Source: Auanema rhodensis (lineage: Eukaryota; Animalia; Nematoda). From it: DNA of 64,000 bases. The first letter of the stretch is position 1. Each line of letters starts with the position of its first letter. Shown piece by piece: positions 39,901 to 54,100 of the stretch. The notes under the pieces are model-generated. The model worked only from the letters and a program-made list of their open reading frames with translations. It did not search any database and was not told where the DNA came from. The DNA lies in the NCBI GenBank assembly GCA_964057225.1, contig OZ059900.1, positions 24,862,001 to 24,926,000 on the forward strand, read 5' to 3'. Made by a program: the position numbers and the translations under genes.

Positions 39901-41396
39901 TCTAGTGTTCAGCATGTAAAATGCTTCATTTTAGTATGTAACACGCTGAAATTCGTTGCATTTGACGACTCATATGAACAAAAATCGATTTAATCAATAT
40001 TAGCCATAAGGGGCGTGCCCTCAGAATATGCTAATTTCCTTAATTTTCTAACCCCTGTTTTTTGTCGTGAAAGTGGAACTAGACGTTGTACAAACAATTT
40101 TGAGCTAGGTTTTATTGACATTGCATGAGTTTGAACACATGAAATCGTAAGTCAAAACCTTGTTTAGAGCGAAATTTCCAAAAACTGGTTTTCCAGCATA
40201 ATAAAATATTTCTCATGGGAAATACTGTGTTTTTGTATTTTTCTAGTGTTCAGCATGTAAAATGATTCATTTTAGTATGTAACACGCTGAAATTCGTTGC
40301 ATTTGACGACTCATATGAACAAAAATCGATTTAATCAATATTAGCCATAAGGGGCGTGCCCTCAGAATATGCTAATTTCCTTAATTTTCTAACCCCTGTT
40401 TTTTTGTCGTGAAAGTGGAACTAGACGTTGTACGAACAATTTTGAGCTAGGTTTCATTGACATTGCATGAGTTTGAACACATGAAATCGTAAGTCAAAAC
40501 CTTGTTTACAGCGAAATTTCCAAAAACTGGTTTTCCAGCATAATAAAATATTTCTCATGGGAAATACTGTGTTTTTGTATTTTTCTAGTGTTCAGCATGT
40601 AAAATGGTTCATTTTAGTGTATGTAACACGCTGAAATTCGTTGCATTTGACGACTCATATGAACAAAAATCGATTTAATCAATATTAGCCATAAGGGGCG
40701 TGCCCTCAGAATATGCTAATTTCCTTAATTTTCTAACCCCTGTTTTTTTGTCGTGAAAGTGGAACTAGACGTTGTACGAACAATTTTGAGCTAGGTTTCA
40801 TTGACATTGCATGAGTTTGAACACATGAAATCGTAAGTCAAAACCTTATTTACAGCGAAATTTCCAAAAACTGGTTTTCCAGCATAATAAAATATTTCTC
40901 ATGGGAAATACTTTGTTTTTGTATTTTTCTAGTGTTCAGCATGTAAAATGCTTCATTTTAGTATGTAACACGCTGAAATTCGTTGCATTTGACGACTCAT
41001 ATGAACAAAAATCGATTTAATCAATATTAGCCATAAGGGGCGTGCCCTCAGAATATGCTAATTTCCTTAATTTTCTAACCCCTGTTTTTTTGTCGTGAAA
41101 GTGGAACTAGACGTTGTACAAACAATTTTGAGCTAGGTTTCATTGACATTGCATGAGTTTGAACATATGAAATCGTAAGTCAAAACCTTGTTTACAGCGA
41201 AATTTCCAAAAACTGGTTTTCCAGCATAATAAAATATTTCTCATGGGAAATACTGTGTTTTTGTATTTTTTTAGTGTTCAGCATGTAAAATGCTTCATTT
41301 TAGTATGTAACACGCTGAAATTCGTTGCATTTGACGACTCATATGAACAAAAATCGATTTAATCAATATTAGCCATAAGGGGCGTGCCCTCAGAAT
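36951..41396. repeat. Tandem duplication with 7-monomer (2394 bp) period
   Basis: TTTTACTAG (monomers 36951/39345), TTTCGAG (37293/39687) and TTAGAG+TGATT (37634/40028) recur at +2394. The same N-R-S triplet follows at 37975 and 40369. Confidence 0.88.
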
Positions 41397-44300
41397 ATGC
41401 TAATTTCCTTAATTTTCTAACCCCTGTTTTTTGTCGTGAAAGTGGAACTAGACGTTGTAGGAACAATTTTGAGCTAGGTTTCATTGACATTGCATGAGTT
41501 TGAACACATGAAATCGTAAGTCAAAACCTTGTTTACAGCGAAATTTCCAAAAACTGGTTTTCCAGCATAATAAAATATTTCTCTTGGGAAATACTGTGTT
41601 TTTGTATTTTCCTAGTGTTCAGCATGTAAAATACTTCATTTAAGTATGTAACACGCTGAAATTCGTTGCATTTGACGACTCATATGAACAAAAATCGATT
41701 TAATCAATATTAGCCATAAGGGGCGTGCCCTCAGAATATGCTAATTTCCTTAATTTTTTGACCACTGTTTTTTTGTCGTGAAAGTGGAACTAGACGTTGT
41801 ACGAACAATTTTGAGCTAGGTTTCATTGACATTGCATGAGTTTGAACACATGAAATCGTAAGTCAAAATCTTGTTTACAGCGAAATTTCCAAAAACTGGT
41901 TTTCCAGCATAATAAAATATTTCTCATGGGAAATACTGTGTTTTTGTATTTTTCTAGTGTTCAGCATGTAAAATGCTTCATTTTAGTATGTAACACGCTG
42001 AAGTTCGTTGCATTTGACGACTCATATGAACAAAAATCGATTTAATCAATATTAGCCATAAGGGGCGTGCCCTCAGAATATGCTAATTTCCTTAATATTC
42101 TAACCCCTGTTTTTTTGTCGTGAAAGTGGAACTAGACGTTGTACAAACAATTTTGAGCTAGGTTTCATTGACATTGCATGAGTTTGAACATATGAAATCG
42201 TAAGTCAAAACCTTGTTTACAGCGAAATTTCCAAAAACTGGTTTTCCAGCATAATAAAATATTTCTCATGGGAAATACTGTGTTTTTGTATTTTTTTAGT
42301 GTTCAGCATGTAAAATGCTTCATTTTAGTATGTAACACGCTGAAATTCGTTGCATTTGACGACTCATATGAACAAAAATCGATTTAATCAATATTAGCCA
42401 TAAGGGGCGTGCCCTCAGAATATGCTAATTTCCTTAATTTTCTAACCCCTGTTTTTTGTCGTGAAAGTGGAACTAGACGTTGTAGGAACAATTTTGAGCT
42501 AGGTTTCATTGACATTGCATGAGTTTGAACACATGAAATCGTAAGTCAAAACCTTGTTTACAGCGAAATTTCCAAAAACTGGTTTTCCAGCATAATAAAA
42601 TATTTCTCTTGGGAAATACTGTGTTTTTGTATTTTTCTAGTGTTCAGCATGTAAAATACTTCATTTAAGTATGTAACACGCTGAAATTCGTTGCATTTGA
42701 CGACTCATATGAACAAAAATCGATTTAATCAATATTAGCCATAAGGGGCGTGCCCTCAGAATATGCTAATTCCCTTAATTTTCTAACCCCTGTTTTTTTG
42801 TCGTGAAAGTGGAACTAGACGTTGTACGAACAATTTTGAGCTAGGTTTCATTGACATTGCATGAGTTTGAACACATGAAATCGTAAGTCAAAACCTTATT
42901 TACAGCGAAATTTCCAAAAACTGGTTTTCCAGCATAATAAAATATTTCTCATGGGAAATACTTTGTTTTTGTATTTTTCTAGTGTTCAGCATGTAAAATG
43001 CTCCATTTTAGTATGTAACACGCTGAAATTCGTTGCATTTGACGACTCATATGAACAAAAATCGATTTAATCAATATTAGCCATAAGGGGCGTGCCCTCA
43101 GAATATGCTAATTTCCTTAATTTTTTAACCACTGTTTTTTTGTCGTGAAAGTGGAACTAGACGTTGTACGAACAATTTTGAGCTAGGTTTCATTGACATT
43201 GCATGAGTTTGAACACATGAAATCGTAAGTCAAAACCTTGTTTACAGCGAAATTTCCAAAAACTGGTTTTCCAGCATAATAAAATATTTCTCATGGGAAA
43301 TACTGTGTTTTTGTATTTTTCTAGTGTTCAGCATGTAAAATGTTTCATTTTAGTATGTAACACGCTGAAATTCGTTGCATTTGACGACTCATATGAACAG
43401 AAATCGATTTAATCAATATTAGCCATAAGGGGCGTGCCCTCAGAATATGCTAATTTTCTAAATTTTCTAACCCCTGTTTTTTTGTCGTGAAAGTGGAACT
43501 AGACGTTGTACAAACAATTTTGAGCTAGGTTTCATTGACATTGCATGAGTTTGAACACATGAAATCGTAAGTCAAAACCTTGTTTACAGCGAAATTTCCA
43601 AAAACTGGTTTTCCAGCATAATAAAATATTTCTCATGGGAAATACTGTGTTTTTGTATTTTTCTAGTGTTCAGCATGTAAAATACTTCATTTAAGTATGT
43701 AACACGCTGAAATTCGTTGCATTTGACGACTCATATGAACAGAAATCGATTTAATCAATATTAGCCATAAGGGGCGTGCCCTCAGAATATGCTAATTTCC
43801 TAAATTTTCTAACCCCTGTTTTTTTGTCGTGAAAGTGGAACTAGACGTTGTACAAACAATTTTGAGCTAGGTTTCATTGACATTGCATGAGTTTGAACAC
43901 ATGAAATCGTAAGTCAAAACCTTGTTTACAGCGAAATTTCCAAAAACTGGTTTTCCAGCATAATAAAATATTTCTCATGGGAAATACTGTGTTTTTGTAT
44001 TTTTCTAGTGTTCAGCATGTAAAATACTTCATTTAAGTATGTAACACGCTGAAATTCGTTGCATTTGACGACTCATATGAACAAAAATCGATTTAATCAA
44101 TATTAGCCATAAGGAGCGTGCCCTCAGAATATGCTAATTTCCTTAATTTTCTAACCCCTGTTTTTTTGTCGTGAAAGTGGAACTAGACGTTGTACGAACA
44201 ATTTTGAGCTAGGTTTCATTGACATTGCAAGAGTTTGAACACATGAAATCGTAAGTCAAAACCTTGTTTACAGCGAAATTTCCAAAAACTGGTTTTCCAG

Positions 44301-45155
44301 CATAATAAAATATTTCTCATGGGAAAAACTGTGTTTTTGTATTTTTCTAGTGTTCAGCATGTAAAATGCTTCATTTTAGTATGTAACACGCTGAAATTCG
44401 TTGCATTTGACGACTCATATGAACAAAAATCGATTTAATCAATATTAGCCATAAAGGGCGTGCCCTCAGAATATGCTAATTTCCTTAATATTCTAACCCC
44501 TGTTTTTTTGTCGTGAAAGTGGAACTAGACGTTGTACAAACAATTTTGAGCTAAGTTTCATTGACATTGCATGAGTTTGAACATATGAAATCGTAAGTCA
44601 AAACCTTGTTTACAGCGAAATTTCCAAAAACTGGTTTTCCAGCATAATAAAATATTTCTCATGGGAAATACTGTGTTTTTGGATTTTTTTAGTGTTCAGC
44701 ATGTAAAATGCTTCATTTTAGTATGTAACACGCTGAAATTCGTTGCATTTGACGACTCATATGAACAAAAATCGATTTAATCAATATTAGCCATAAGGGG
44801 CGTGCCCTCAGAATATGCTAATTTCCTTAATTTTCTAACCCCTGTTTTTTGTCGTGAAAGTGGAACTAGACGTTGTAGGAACAATTTTGAGCTAGGTTTC
44901 ATTGACATTGCATGAGTTTGAACACATGAAATCGTAAGTCAAAACCTTGTTTACAGCGAAATTTCCAAAAACTGGTTTTCCAGCATAATAAAATATTTCT
45001 CTTGGGAAATACTGTGTTTTTGTATTTTTCTAGTGTTCAGCATGTAAAATACTTCATTTAAGTATGTAACACGCTGAAATTCGTTGCATTTGACGACTCA
45101 TATGAACAAAAATCGATTTAATCAATATTAGCCATAAGGGGCGTGCCCTCAGAAT

Positions 45156-48100
45156 ATGCTAATTCCCTTAATTTTCTAACCCCTGTTTTTTTGTCGTGAA
45201 AGTGGAACTAGACGTTGTACGAACAATTTTGAGCTAGGTTTCATTGACATTGCATGAGTTTGAACACATGAAATCGTAAGTCAAAACCTTATTTACAGCG
45301 AAATTTCCAAAAACTGGTTTTCCAGCATAATAAAATATTTCTCATGGGAAATACTTTGTTTTTGTATTTTTCTAGTGTTCAGCATGTAAAATGCTTCATT
45401 TTAGTATGTAACACGCTGAAATTCGTTGCATTTGACGACTCATATGAACAAAAATCGATTTAATCAATATTAGCCATAAGGGGCGTGCCCTCAGAATATG
45501 CTAATTTCCTTAATTTTTTAACCACTGTTTTTTTGTCGTGAAAGTGGAACTAGACGTTGTACGAACAATTTTGAGCTAGGTTTCATTGACATTGCATGAG
45601 TTTGAACACATGAAATCGTAAGTCAAAACCTTGTTTACAGCGAAATTTCCAAAAACTGGTTTTCCAGCATAATAAAATATTTCTCATGGGAAATACTTTG
45701 TTTTTGTATTTTTCTAGTGTTCAGCATGTAAAATGCTTCATTTTAGTATGTAACACGCTGAAATTCGTTGCATTTGACGACTCATATGAACAAAAATCGA
45801 TTTAATCAATATTAGCCATAAGGGGCGTGCCCTCAGAATATGCTAATTTCCTTAATTTTTTAACCACTGTTTTTTTATCGTGAAAGTGGAACTAGACGTT
45901 GTACGAACAATTTTGAGCTAGGTTTCATTGACATTGCATGAGTTTGAACACATGAAATCGTAAGTCAAAACCTTGTTTACAGCGAAATTTCCAAAAACTG
46001 GTTTTCCAGCATAATAAAATATTTCTCATGGGAAATACTGTGTTTTTGTATTTTTTTAGTAATCAGCATGTAAAATGCTTCATTTTAGTATGTAACACGC
46101 TGAAATTCGTTGCATTTGACGACTCATATGAACAAAAATCGATTTAATCAATATTAGCCATAAGGGGCGTGCCCTCAGAATATGCTAATTTCCTTAATTT
46201 TCTAACCCCTGTTTTTTGTCGTGAAAGTGGAACTAGACGTTGTAGGAACAATTTTGAGCTAGTTTTCATTGACATTGCATGAGTTTGAACACATGAAATC
46301 GTAAGTCAAAACCTTGTTTACAGCGAAATTTCCAAAAACTGGTTTTCCAGCATAATAAAATATTTCTCTTGGGAAATACTGTGTTTTTGTATTTTTCTAG
46401 TGTTCAGCATGTAAAATACTTCATTTAAGTATGTAACACGCTGAAATTCGTTGCATTTGACGACTCATATGAACAAAAATCGATTTAATCAATATTAGCC
46501 ATAAGGGGCGTGCCCTCAGAATATGCTAATTCCCTTAATTTTCTAACCCCTGTTTTTTTGTCGTGAAAGTGGAACTAGACGTTGTACGAACAATTTTGAG
46601 CTGGGTTTCATTGACATTGCATGAGTTTGAACACATGAAATCGTAAGTCAAAACCTTATTTACAGCGAAATTTCCAAAAACTGGTTTTCCAGCATAATAA
46701 AATATTTCTCATGGGAAATACTTTGTTTTTGTATTTTTCTAGTGTTCAGCATGTGAAATGCTTCATTTTAGTATGTAACACGCTGAAATTCGTTGCATTT
46801 GACGACTCATATGAACAAAAATCGATTTAATCAATATTAGCCATAAGGGGCGTGCCCTCAGAATATGCTAATTTCCTTAATTTTTTAACCACTGTTTTTT
46901 TGTCGTGAAAGTGGAACTAGACGTTGTACGAACAATTTTGAGCTAGGTTTCATTGACATTGCATGAGTTTGAACACATGAAATCGTAAGTCAAAACCTTA
47001 TTTACAGCGAAATTTCCAAAAACTGGTTTTCCAGCATAATATAATATTTCTCTTGGGAAATACTTTGTTTTTGTATTTTTCTAGTGTTCAGCATGTAAAA
47101 TGCTTCATTTTAGTATGTAACACGCTGAAATTCGTTGCATTTGACGACTCATATGAACAAAAATCGATTTAATCAATATTAGCCATAAGGGGCGTGCCCT
47201 CAGAATATGCTAATTTCCTTAATTTTTTAACCACTGTTTTTTTGTCGTGAAAGTGGAACTAGACGTTGTACGAACAATTTTGAGCTAGGTTTCATTGACA
47301 TTGCATGAGTTTGAACACATGAAATCGTAAGTCAAAACCTTGTTTACAGCGAAATTTCCAAAAACTGGTTTTCCAGCATAATAAAATATTTCTCATGGGA
47401 AATACTGTGTTTTTGTATTTTTCTAGTGTTCAGCATGTAAAATGCTTCATTTTAGTATGTAACACGGTGAAATTCGTTGCATTTGACGACTCATATGAAC
47501 AAAAATCGATTTAATCAATATTAGCCATAAGGGGCGTGCCCTCAGAATATGCTAATTTCCTTAATTTTCTAACCCCTGTTTTTTGTCGTGAAAGTGGAAC
47601 TAGACGTTGTACGAACAATTTTGAGCTAGGTTTCATTGACATTGCATGAGTTTGAACACATGAAATCGTAAGTCAAAACCTTGTTTACAGCGAAATTTCC
47701 AAAAACTGGTTTTCCAGCATAATAAAATATTTCTCATGGGAAATACTGTGTTTTTGTATTTTTCTAGTGTTCAGCATGTAAAATGGTTCATTTTAGTGTA
47801 TGTAACACGCTGAAATTCGTTGCATTTGACGACTCATATGAACAAAAATCGATTTAATCAATATTAGCCATAAGGGGCGTGCCCTCAGAATATGCTAATT
47901 TCCTTAATTTTCTAACCCCTGTTTTTTTGTCGTGAAAGTGGAACTAGACGTTGTACGAACAATTTTGAGCTAGGTTTCATTGACATTGCATGAGTTTGAA
48001 CACATGAAATCGTAAGTCAAAACCTTGTTTACAGCGAAATTTCCAAAAACTGGTTTTCCAGCATAATAAAATATTTCTCATGGGAAATACTTTGTTTTTG

Positions 48101-51100
48101 TATTTTTCTAGTGTTCAGCATGTAAAATGCTTCATTTTAGTATGTAACACGCTGAAATTCGTTGCATTTGACGACTCATATGAACAAAAATCGATTTAAT
48201 CAATATTAGCCATAAGGGGCGTGCCCTCAGAATATGCTAATTTCCTTAATTTTTTAACCACTGTTTTTTTATCGTGAAAGTGGAACTAGACGTTGTACGA
48301 ACAATTTTGAGCTAGGTTTCATTGACATTGCATGAGTTTGAACACATGAAATCGTAAGTCAAAACCTTGTTTACAGCGAAATTTCCAAAAACTGGTTTTC
48401 CAGCATAATAAAATATTTCTCATGGGAAATACTGTGTTTTTGTATTTTTTTAGTAATCAGCATGTAAAATGCTTCATTTTAGTATGTAACACGCTGAAAT
48501 TCGTTGCATTTGACGACTCATATGAACAAAAATCGATTTAATCAATATTAGCCATAAGGGGCGTGCCCTCAGAATATGCTAATTCCCTTAATTTTCTAAC
48601 CCCTGTTTTTTTGTCGTGAAAGTGGAACTAGACGTTGTACGAACAATTTTGAGCTGGGTTTCATTGACATTGCATGAGTTTGAACACATGAAATCGTAAG
48701 TCAAAACCTTATTTACAGCGAAATTTCCAAAAACTGGTTTTCCAGCATAATAAAATATTTCTCATGGGAAATACTTTGTTTTTGTATTTTTCTAGTGTTC
48801 AGCATGTAAAATGCTTCATTTTAGTATGTAACACGCTGAAATTCGTTGCATTTGACGACTCATATGAACAAAAATCGATTTAATCAATATTAGCCATAAG
48901 GGGCGTGCCCTCAGAATATGCTAATTTCCTTAATTTTTTAACCACTGTTTTTTTGTCGTGAAAGTGGAACTAGACGTTGTACGAACAATTTTGAGCTAGG
49001 TTTCATTGACATTGCATGAGTTTGAACACATGAAATCGTAAGTCAAAACCTTATTTACAGCGAAATTTCCAAAAACTGGTTTTCCAGCATAATAAAATAT
49101 TTCTCTTGGGAAATACTTTGTTTTTGTATTTTTCTAGTGTTCAGCATGTAAAATGCTTCATTTTAGTATGTAACACGCTGAAATTCGTTGCATTTGACGA
49201 CTCATATGAACAAAAATCGATTTAATCAATATTAGCCATAAGGGGCGTGCCCTCAGAATATGCTAATTTCCTTAATTTTTTAACCACTGTTTTTTTGTCG
49301 TGAAAGTGGAACTAGACGTTGTACGAACAATTTTGAGCTAGGTTTCATTGACATTGCATGAGTTTGAACACATGAAATCGTAAGTCAAAACCTTGTTTAC
49401 AGCGAAATTTCCAAAAACTGGTTTTCCAGCATAATAAAATATTTCTCATGGGAAATACTGTGTTTTTGTATTTTTCTAGTGTTCAGCATGTAAAATGCTT
49501 CATTTTAGTATGTAACACGGTGAAATTCGTTGCATTTGACGACTCATATGAACAAAAATCGATTTAATCAATATTAGCCATAAGGGGCGTGCCCTCAGAA
49601 TATGCTAATTTCCTTAATTTTCTAACCCCTGTTTTTTGTCGTGAAAGTGGAACTAGACGTTGTACGAACAATTTTGAGCTAGGTTTCATTGACATTGCAT
49701 CAGTTTGAACACATGAAATCGTAAGTCAAAACCTTGTTTACAGCGAAATTTCCAAAAACTGGTTTTCCAGCATAATAAAATATTTCTCATGGGAAATACT
49801 GTGTTTTTGTATTTTTCTAGTGTTCAGCATGTAAAATGGTTCATTTTAGTGTATGTAACACGCTGAAATTCGTTGCATTTGACGACTCATATGAACAAAA
49901 ATCGATTTAATCAATATTAGCCATAAGGGGCGTGCCCTCAGAATATGCTAATTTCCTTAATTTTCTAACCCCTGTTTTTTTGTCGTGAAAGTGGAACTAG
50001 ACGTTGTACGAACAATTTTGAGCTAGGTTTCATTGACATTGCATGAGTTTGAACACATGAAATCGTAAGTCAAAACCTTATTTACAGCGAAATTTCCAAA
50101 AACTGGTTTTCCAGCATAATAAAATATTTCTCATGGGAAATACTTTGTTTTTGTATTTTTCTAGTGTTCAGCATGTAAAATGCTTCATTTTAGTATGTAA
50201 CACGCTGAAATTCGTTGCATTTGACGACTCATATGAACAAAAATCGATTTAATCAATATTAGCCATAAGGGGCGTGCCCTCAGAATATGCTAATTTCCTT
50301 AATTTTTTAACCCCTGTTTTTTTGTCGTGAAAGTGGAACTAGACGTTGTACGAACAATTTTGAGCTAGGTTTCATTGACATTGCATGAGTTTGAACACAT
50401 GAAATCGTAAGTCAAAACCTAGTTTACAGCGAAATTTCCAAAAACTGGTTTTCCAGCATAATAAAATATTTCTCATGGGAAATACTGTGTTTTTGTATTT
50501 TTCTAGTGTTCAGCATGTAAAATGATTCATTTTAGTATGTAACACGCTGAAATTCGTTGCATTTGACGACTCATATGAACAAAAATCGATTTAATCAATA
50601 TTAGCCATAAGGGGCGTGCCCTCAGAATATGCTAATTTCCTTAATTTTCTAACCCCTGTTTTTTTGTCGTGAAAGTGGAACTAGACGTTGTACGAACAAT
50701 TTTGAGCTAGGTTTCATTGACATTGCATGAGTTTGAACACATGAAATCGTAAGTCAAAACCTAGTTTACAGCGAAATTTCCAAAAACTGGTTTTCCAGCA
50801 TAATAAAATATTTCTCATGGGAAATACTGTGTTTTTGTATTTTTCTAGTGTTCCGCATGTAAAATGATTCATTTTAGTATGTAACACGCTGAAATTCGTT
50901 GCATTTGACGACTCATATGAACAAAAATCGATTTAATCAATATTAGCCATAAGGGGCGTGCCCTCAGAATATGCTAATTTCCTTAATTTTCTAACCCCTG
51001 TTTTTTTGTCGTGAAAGTGGAACTAGACGTTGTACGAACAATTTTGAGCTAGGTTTCATTGACATTGCATGAGTTTGAACACATGAAATCGTAAGTCAAA

Positions 51101-54100
51101 ACCTTGTTTACAGCGAAATTTCCAAAAACTGGTTTTCCAGCATAATAAAATATTTCTCATGGGAAATACTGTGTTTTTGTATTTTTCTAGTGTTCAGCAT
51201 GTAAAATGGTTCATTTTAGTGTATGTAACACGCTGAAATTCGTTGCATTTGACGACTCATATGAACAAAAATCGATTTAATCAATATTAGCCATAAGGGA
51301 CGTGCCCTCAGAATATGCTAATTTCCTTAATTTTCTAACCCCTGTTTTTCTGTCGTGAAAGTGGAACTAGACGTTGTACGAACAATTTTGAGCTAGGTTT
51401 CATTGACATTGCATGAGTTTGAACTCATGAAATCGTAAGTCAAAACCTTGTTTACAGCGAAATTTCCAAAAACTGGTTTTCCAGCATAATAAAATATTTC
51501 TCATGGGAAATACTACGTTTTTGTATTTTTCTAGTGTTCAGCATGTAAAATGCTTCATTTTAGTATGTAACACGCTGAAATTCGTTGCATTTGACGACTC
51601 ATATGAACAAAAATCGATTTAATCAATATTAGCCATAAGGGGCGTGCCCTCAGAATATGCTAATTTCCTTAATTTTCTAACCCCTGTTTTTTTGTCGTGA
51701 AAGTGGAACTAGACGTTGTACGAACAATTTTGAGCTAGGTTTCATTGACATTGCATGAGTTTGAACACATGAAATCGTAAGTCAAAACCTTGTTTACAGC
51801 GAAATTTCCAAAAACTGGTTTTCCAGCATAATAAAATATTTCTCATGGGAAATACTGTGTTTTTGTATTTTTCTAGTGTTCAGCATGTAAAATGGTTCAT
51901 TTTAGTGTATGTAACACGCTGAAATTCGTTGCATTTGACGACTCATATGAACAAAAATCGATTTAATCAATATTAGCCATAAGGGGCGTGCCCTCAGAAT
52001 ATGCTAATTTCCTTAATTTTCTAACCCCTGTTTTTTTGTCGTGAAAGTGGAACTAGACGTTGTACGAACAATTTTGAGCTAGGTTTCATTGACATTGCAT
52101 GAGTTTGAACACATGAAATCGTAAGTCAAAACCTAGTTTACAGCGAAATTTCCAAAAACTGGTTTTCCAGCATAATAAAATATTTCTCATGGGAAATACT
52201 GTGTTTTTGTATTTTTCTAGTGTTCAGCATGTAAAATGATTCATTTTAGTATGTAAGACGCTGAAATTCGTTGCATTTGACGACTCATATGAACAAAAAT
52301 CGATTTAATCAATATTAGCCATAAGGGGCGTGCCCTCAGAATATGCTAATTTCCTTAATTTTCTAACCCCTGTTTTTTTGTCGTGAAAGTGGAACTAGAC
52401 GTTGTACGAACAATTTTGAGCTAGGTTTCATTGACATTGCATGAGTTTGAACACATGAAATCGTAAGTCAAAACCTTGTTTACAGCGAAATTTCCAAAAA
52501 CTGGTTTTCCAGCATAATAAAATATTTCTCATGGGAAATACTACGTTTTTGTATTTTTCTAGTGTTCAGCATGTAAAATGCTTCATTTTAGTATGTAACA
52601 CGCTGAAATTCGTTGCATTTGACGACTCATATGAACAAAAATCGATTTAATCAATATTAGCCATAAGGGGCGTGCCCTCAGAATATGCTAATTCCCTTAA
52701 TTTTCTAACCCCTGTTTTTTTGTCGTGAAAGTGGAACTAGACGTTGTACGAACAATTTTGAGCTAGGTTTCATTGACATTGCATGAGTTTGAACACATGA
52801 AATCGTAAGTCAAAACCTTGTTTACAGCGAAATTTCCAAAAACTGGTTTTCCAGCATAATAAAATATTTCTCATGGGAAATACTGTGTTTTTGTATTTTT
52901 CTAGTGTTCAGCATGTAAAATGCTTCATTTTAGTATGTAACACGCTGAAATTCGTTGCATTTGACGACTCATATGAACAAAAATCGATTTAATCAATATT
53001 AGCCATAAGGGGCGTGCCCTCAGAATATGCTAATTTCCTTAATTTTCTAACCCCTGTTTTTTTGTCGTGAAAGTGGAACTAGACGTTGTACGAACAATTT
53101 TGAGCTAGGTTTCATTGACATTGCATGAGTTTGAACACATGAAATCGTAAGTCAAAACCTTGTTTACAGCGAAATTTCCAAAAACTGGTTTTCCAGCATA
53201 ATAAAATATTTCTCATGGGAAATACTGTGTTTTTGTATTTTTCTAGTGTTCAGCATGTAAAATGCTTCATTTTAGTATGTAACACGCTGAAATTCGTTGC
53301 ATTTGACGACTCATATGAACAAAAATCGATTTAATCAATATTAGCCATAAGGGGCGTGCCCTCAGAATATGCTAATTTCCTTAATTTTCTAACCCCTGTT
53401 TTTTGTCGTGAAAGTGGAACTAGACGTTGTACAAACAATTTTGAGCTAGGTTTTATTGACATTGCATGAGTTTGAACACATGAAATCGTAAGTCAAAACC
53501 TTGTTTAGAGCGAAATTTCCAAAAACTGGTTTTCCAGCATAATAAAATATTTCTCATGGGAAATACTGTGTTTTTGTATTTTTCTAGTGTTCAGCATGTA
53601 AAATGATTCATTTTAGTATGTAACACGCTGAAATTCGTTGCATTTGACGACTCATATGAACAAAAATCGATTTAATCAATATTAGCCATAAGGGGCGTGC
53701 CCTCAGAATATGCTAATTTCCTTAATTTTCTAACCCCTGTTTTTTTGTCGTGAAAGTGGAACTAGACGTTGTACGAACAATTTTGAGCTAGGTTTCATTG
53801 ACATTGCATGAGTTTGAACACATGAAATCGTAAGTCAAAACCTTGTTTACAGCGAAATTTCCAAAAACTGGTTTTCCAGCATAATAAAATATTTCTCATG
53901 GGAAATACTGTGTTTTTGTATTTTTCTAGTGTTCAGCATGTAAAATGGTTCATTTTAGTGTATGTAACACGCTGAAATTCGTTGCATTTGACGACTCATA
54001 TGAACAAAAATCGATTTAATCAATATTAGCCATAAGGGGCGTGCCCTCAGAATATGCTAATTTCCTTAATTTTCTAACCCCTGTTTTTTTGTCGTGAAAG

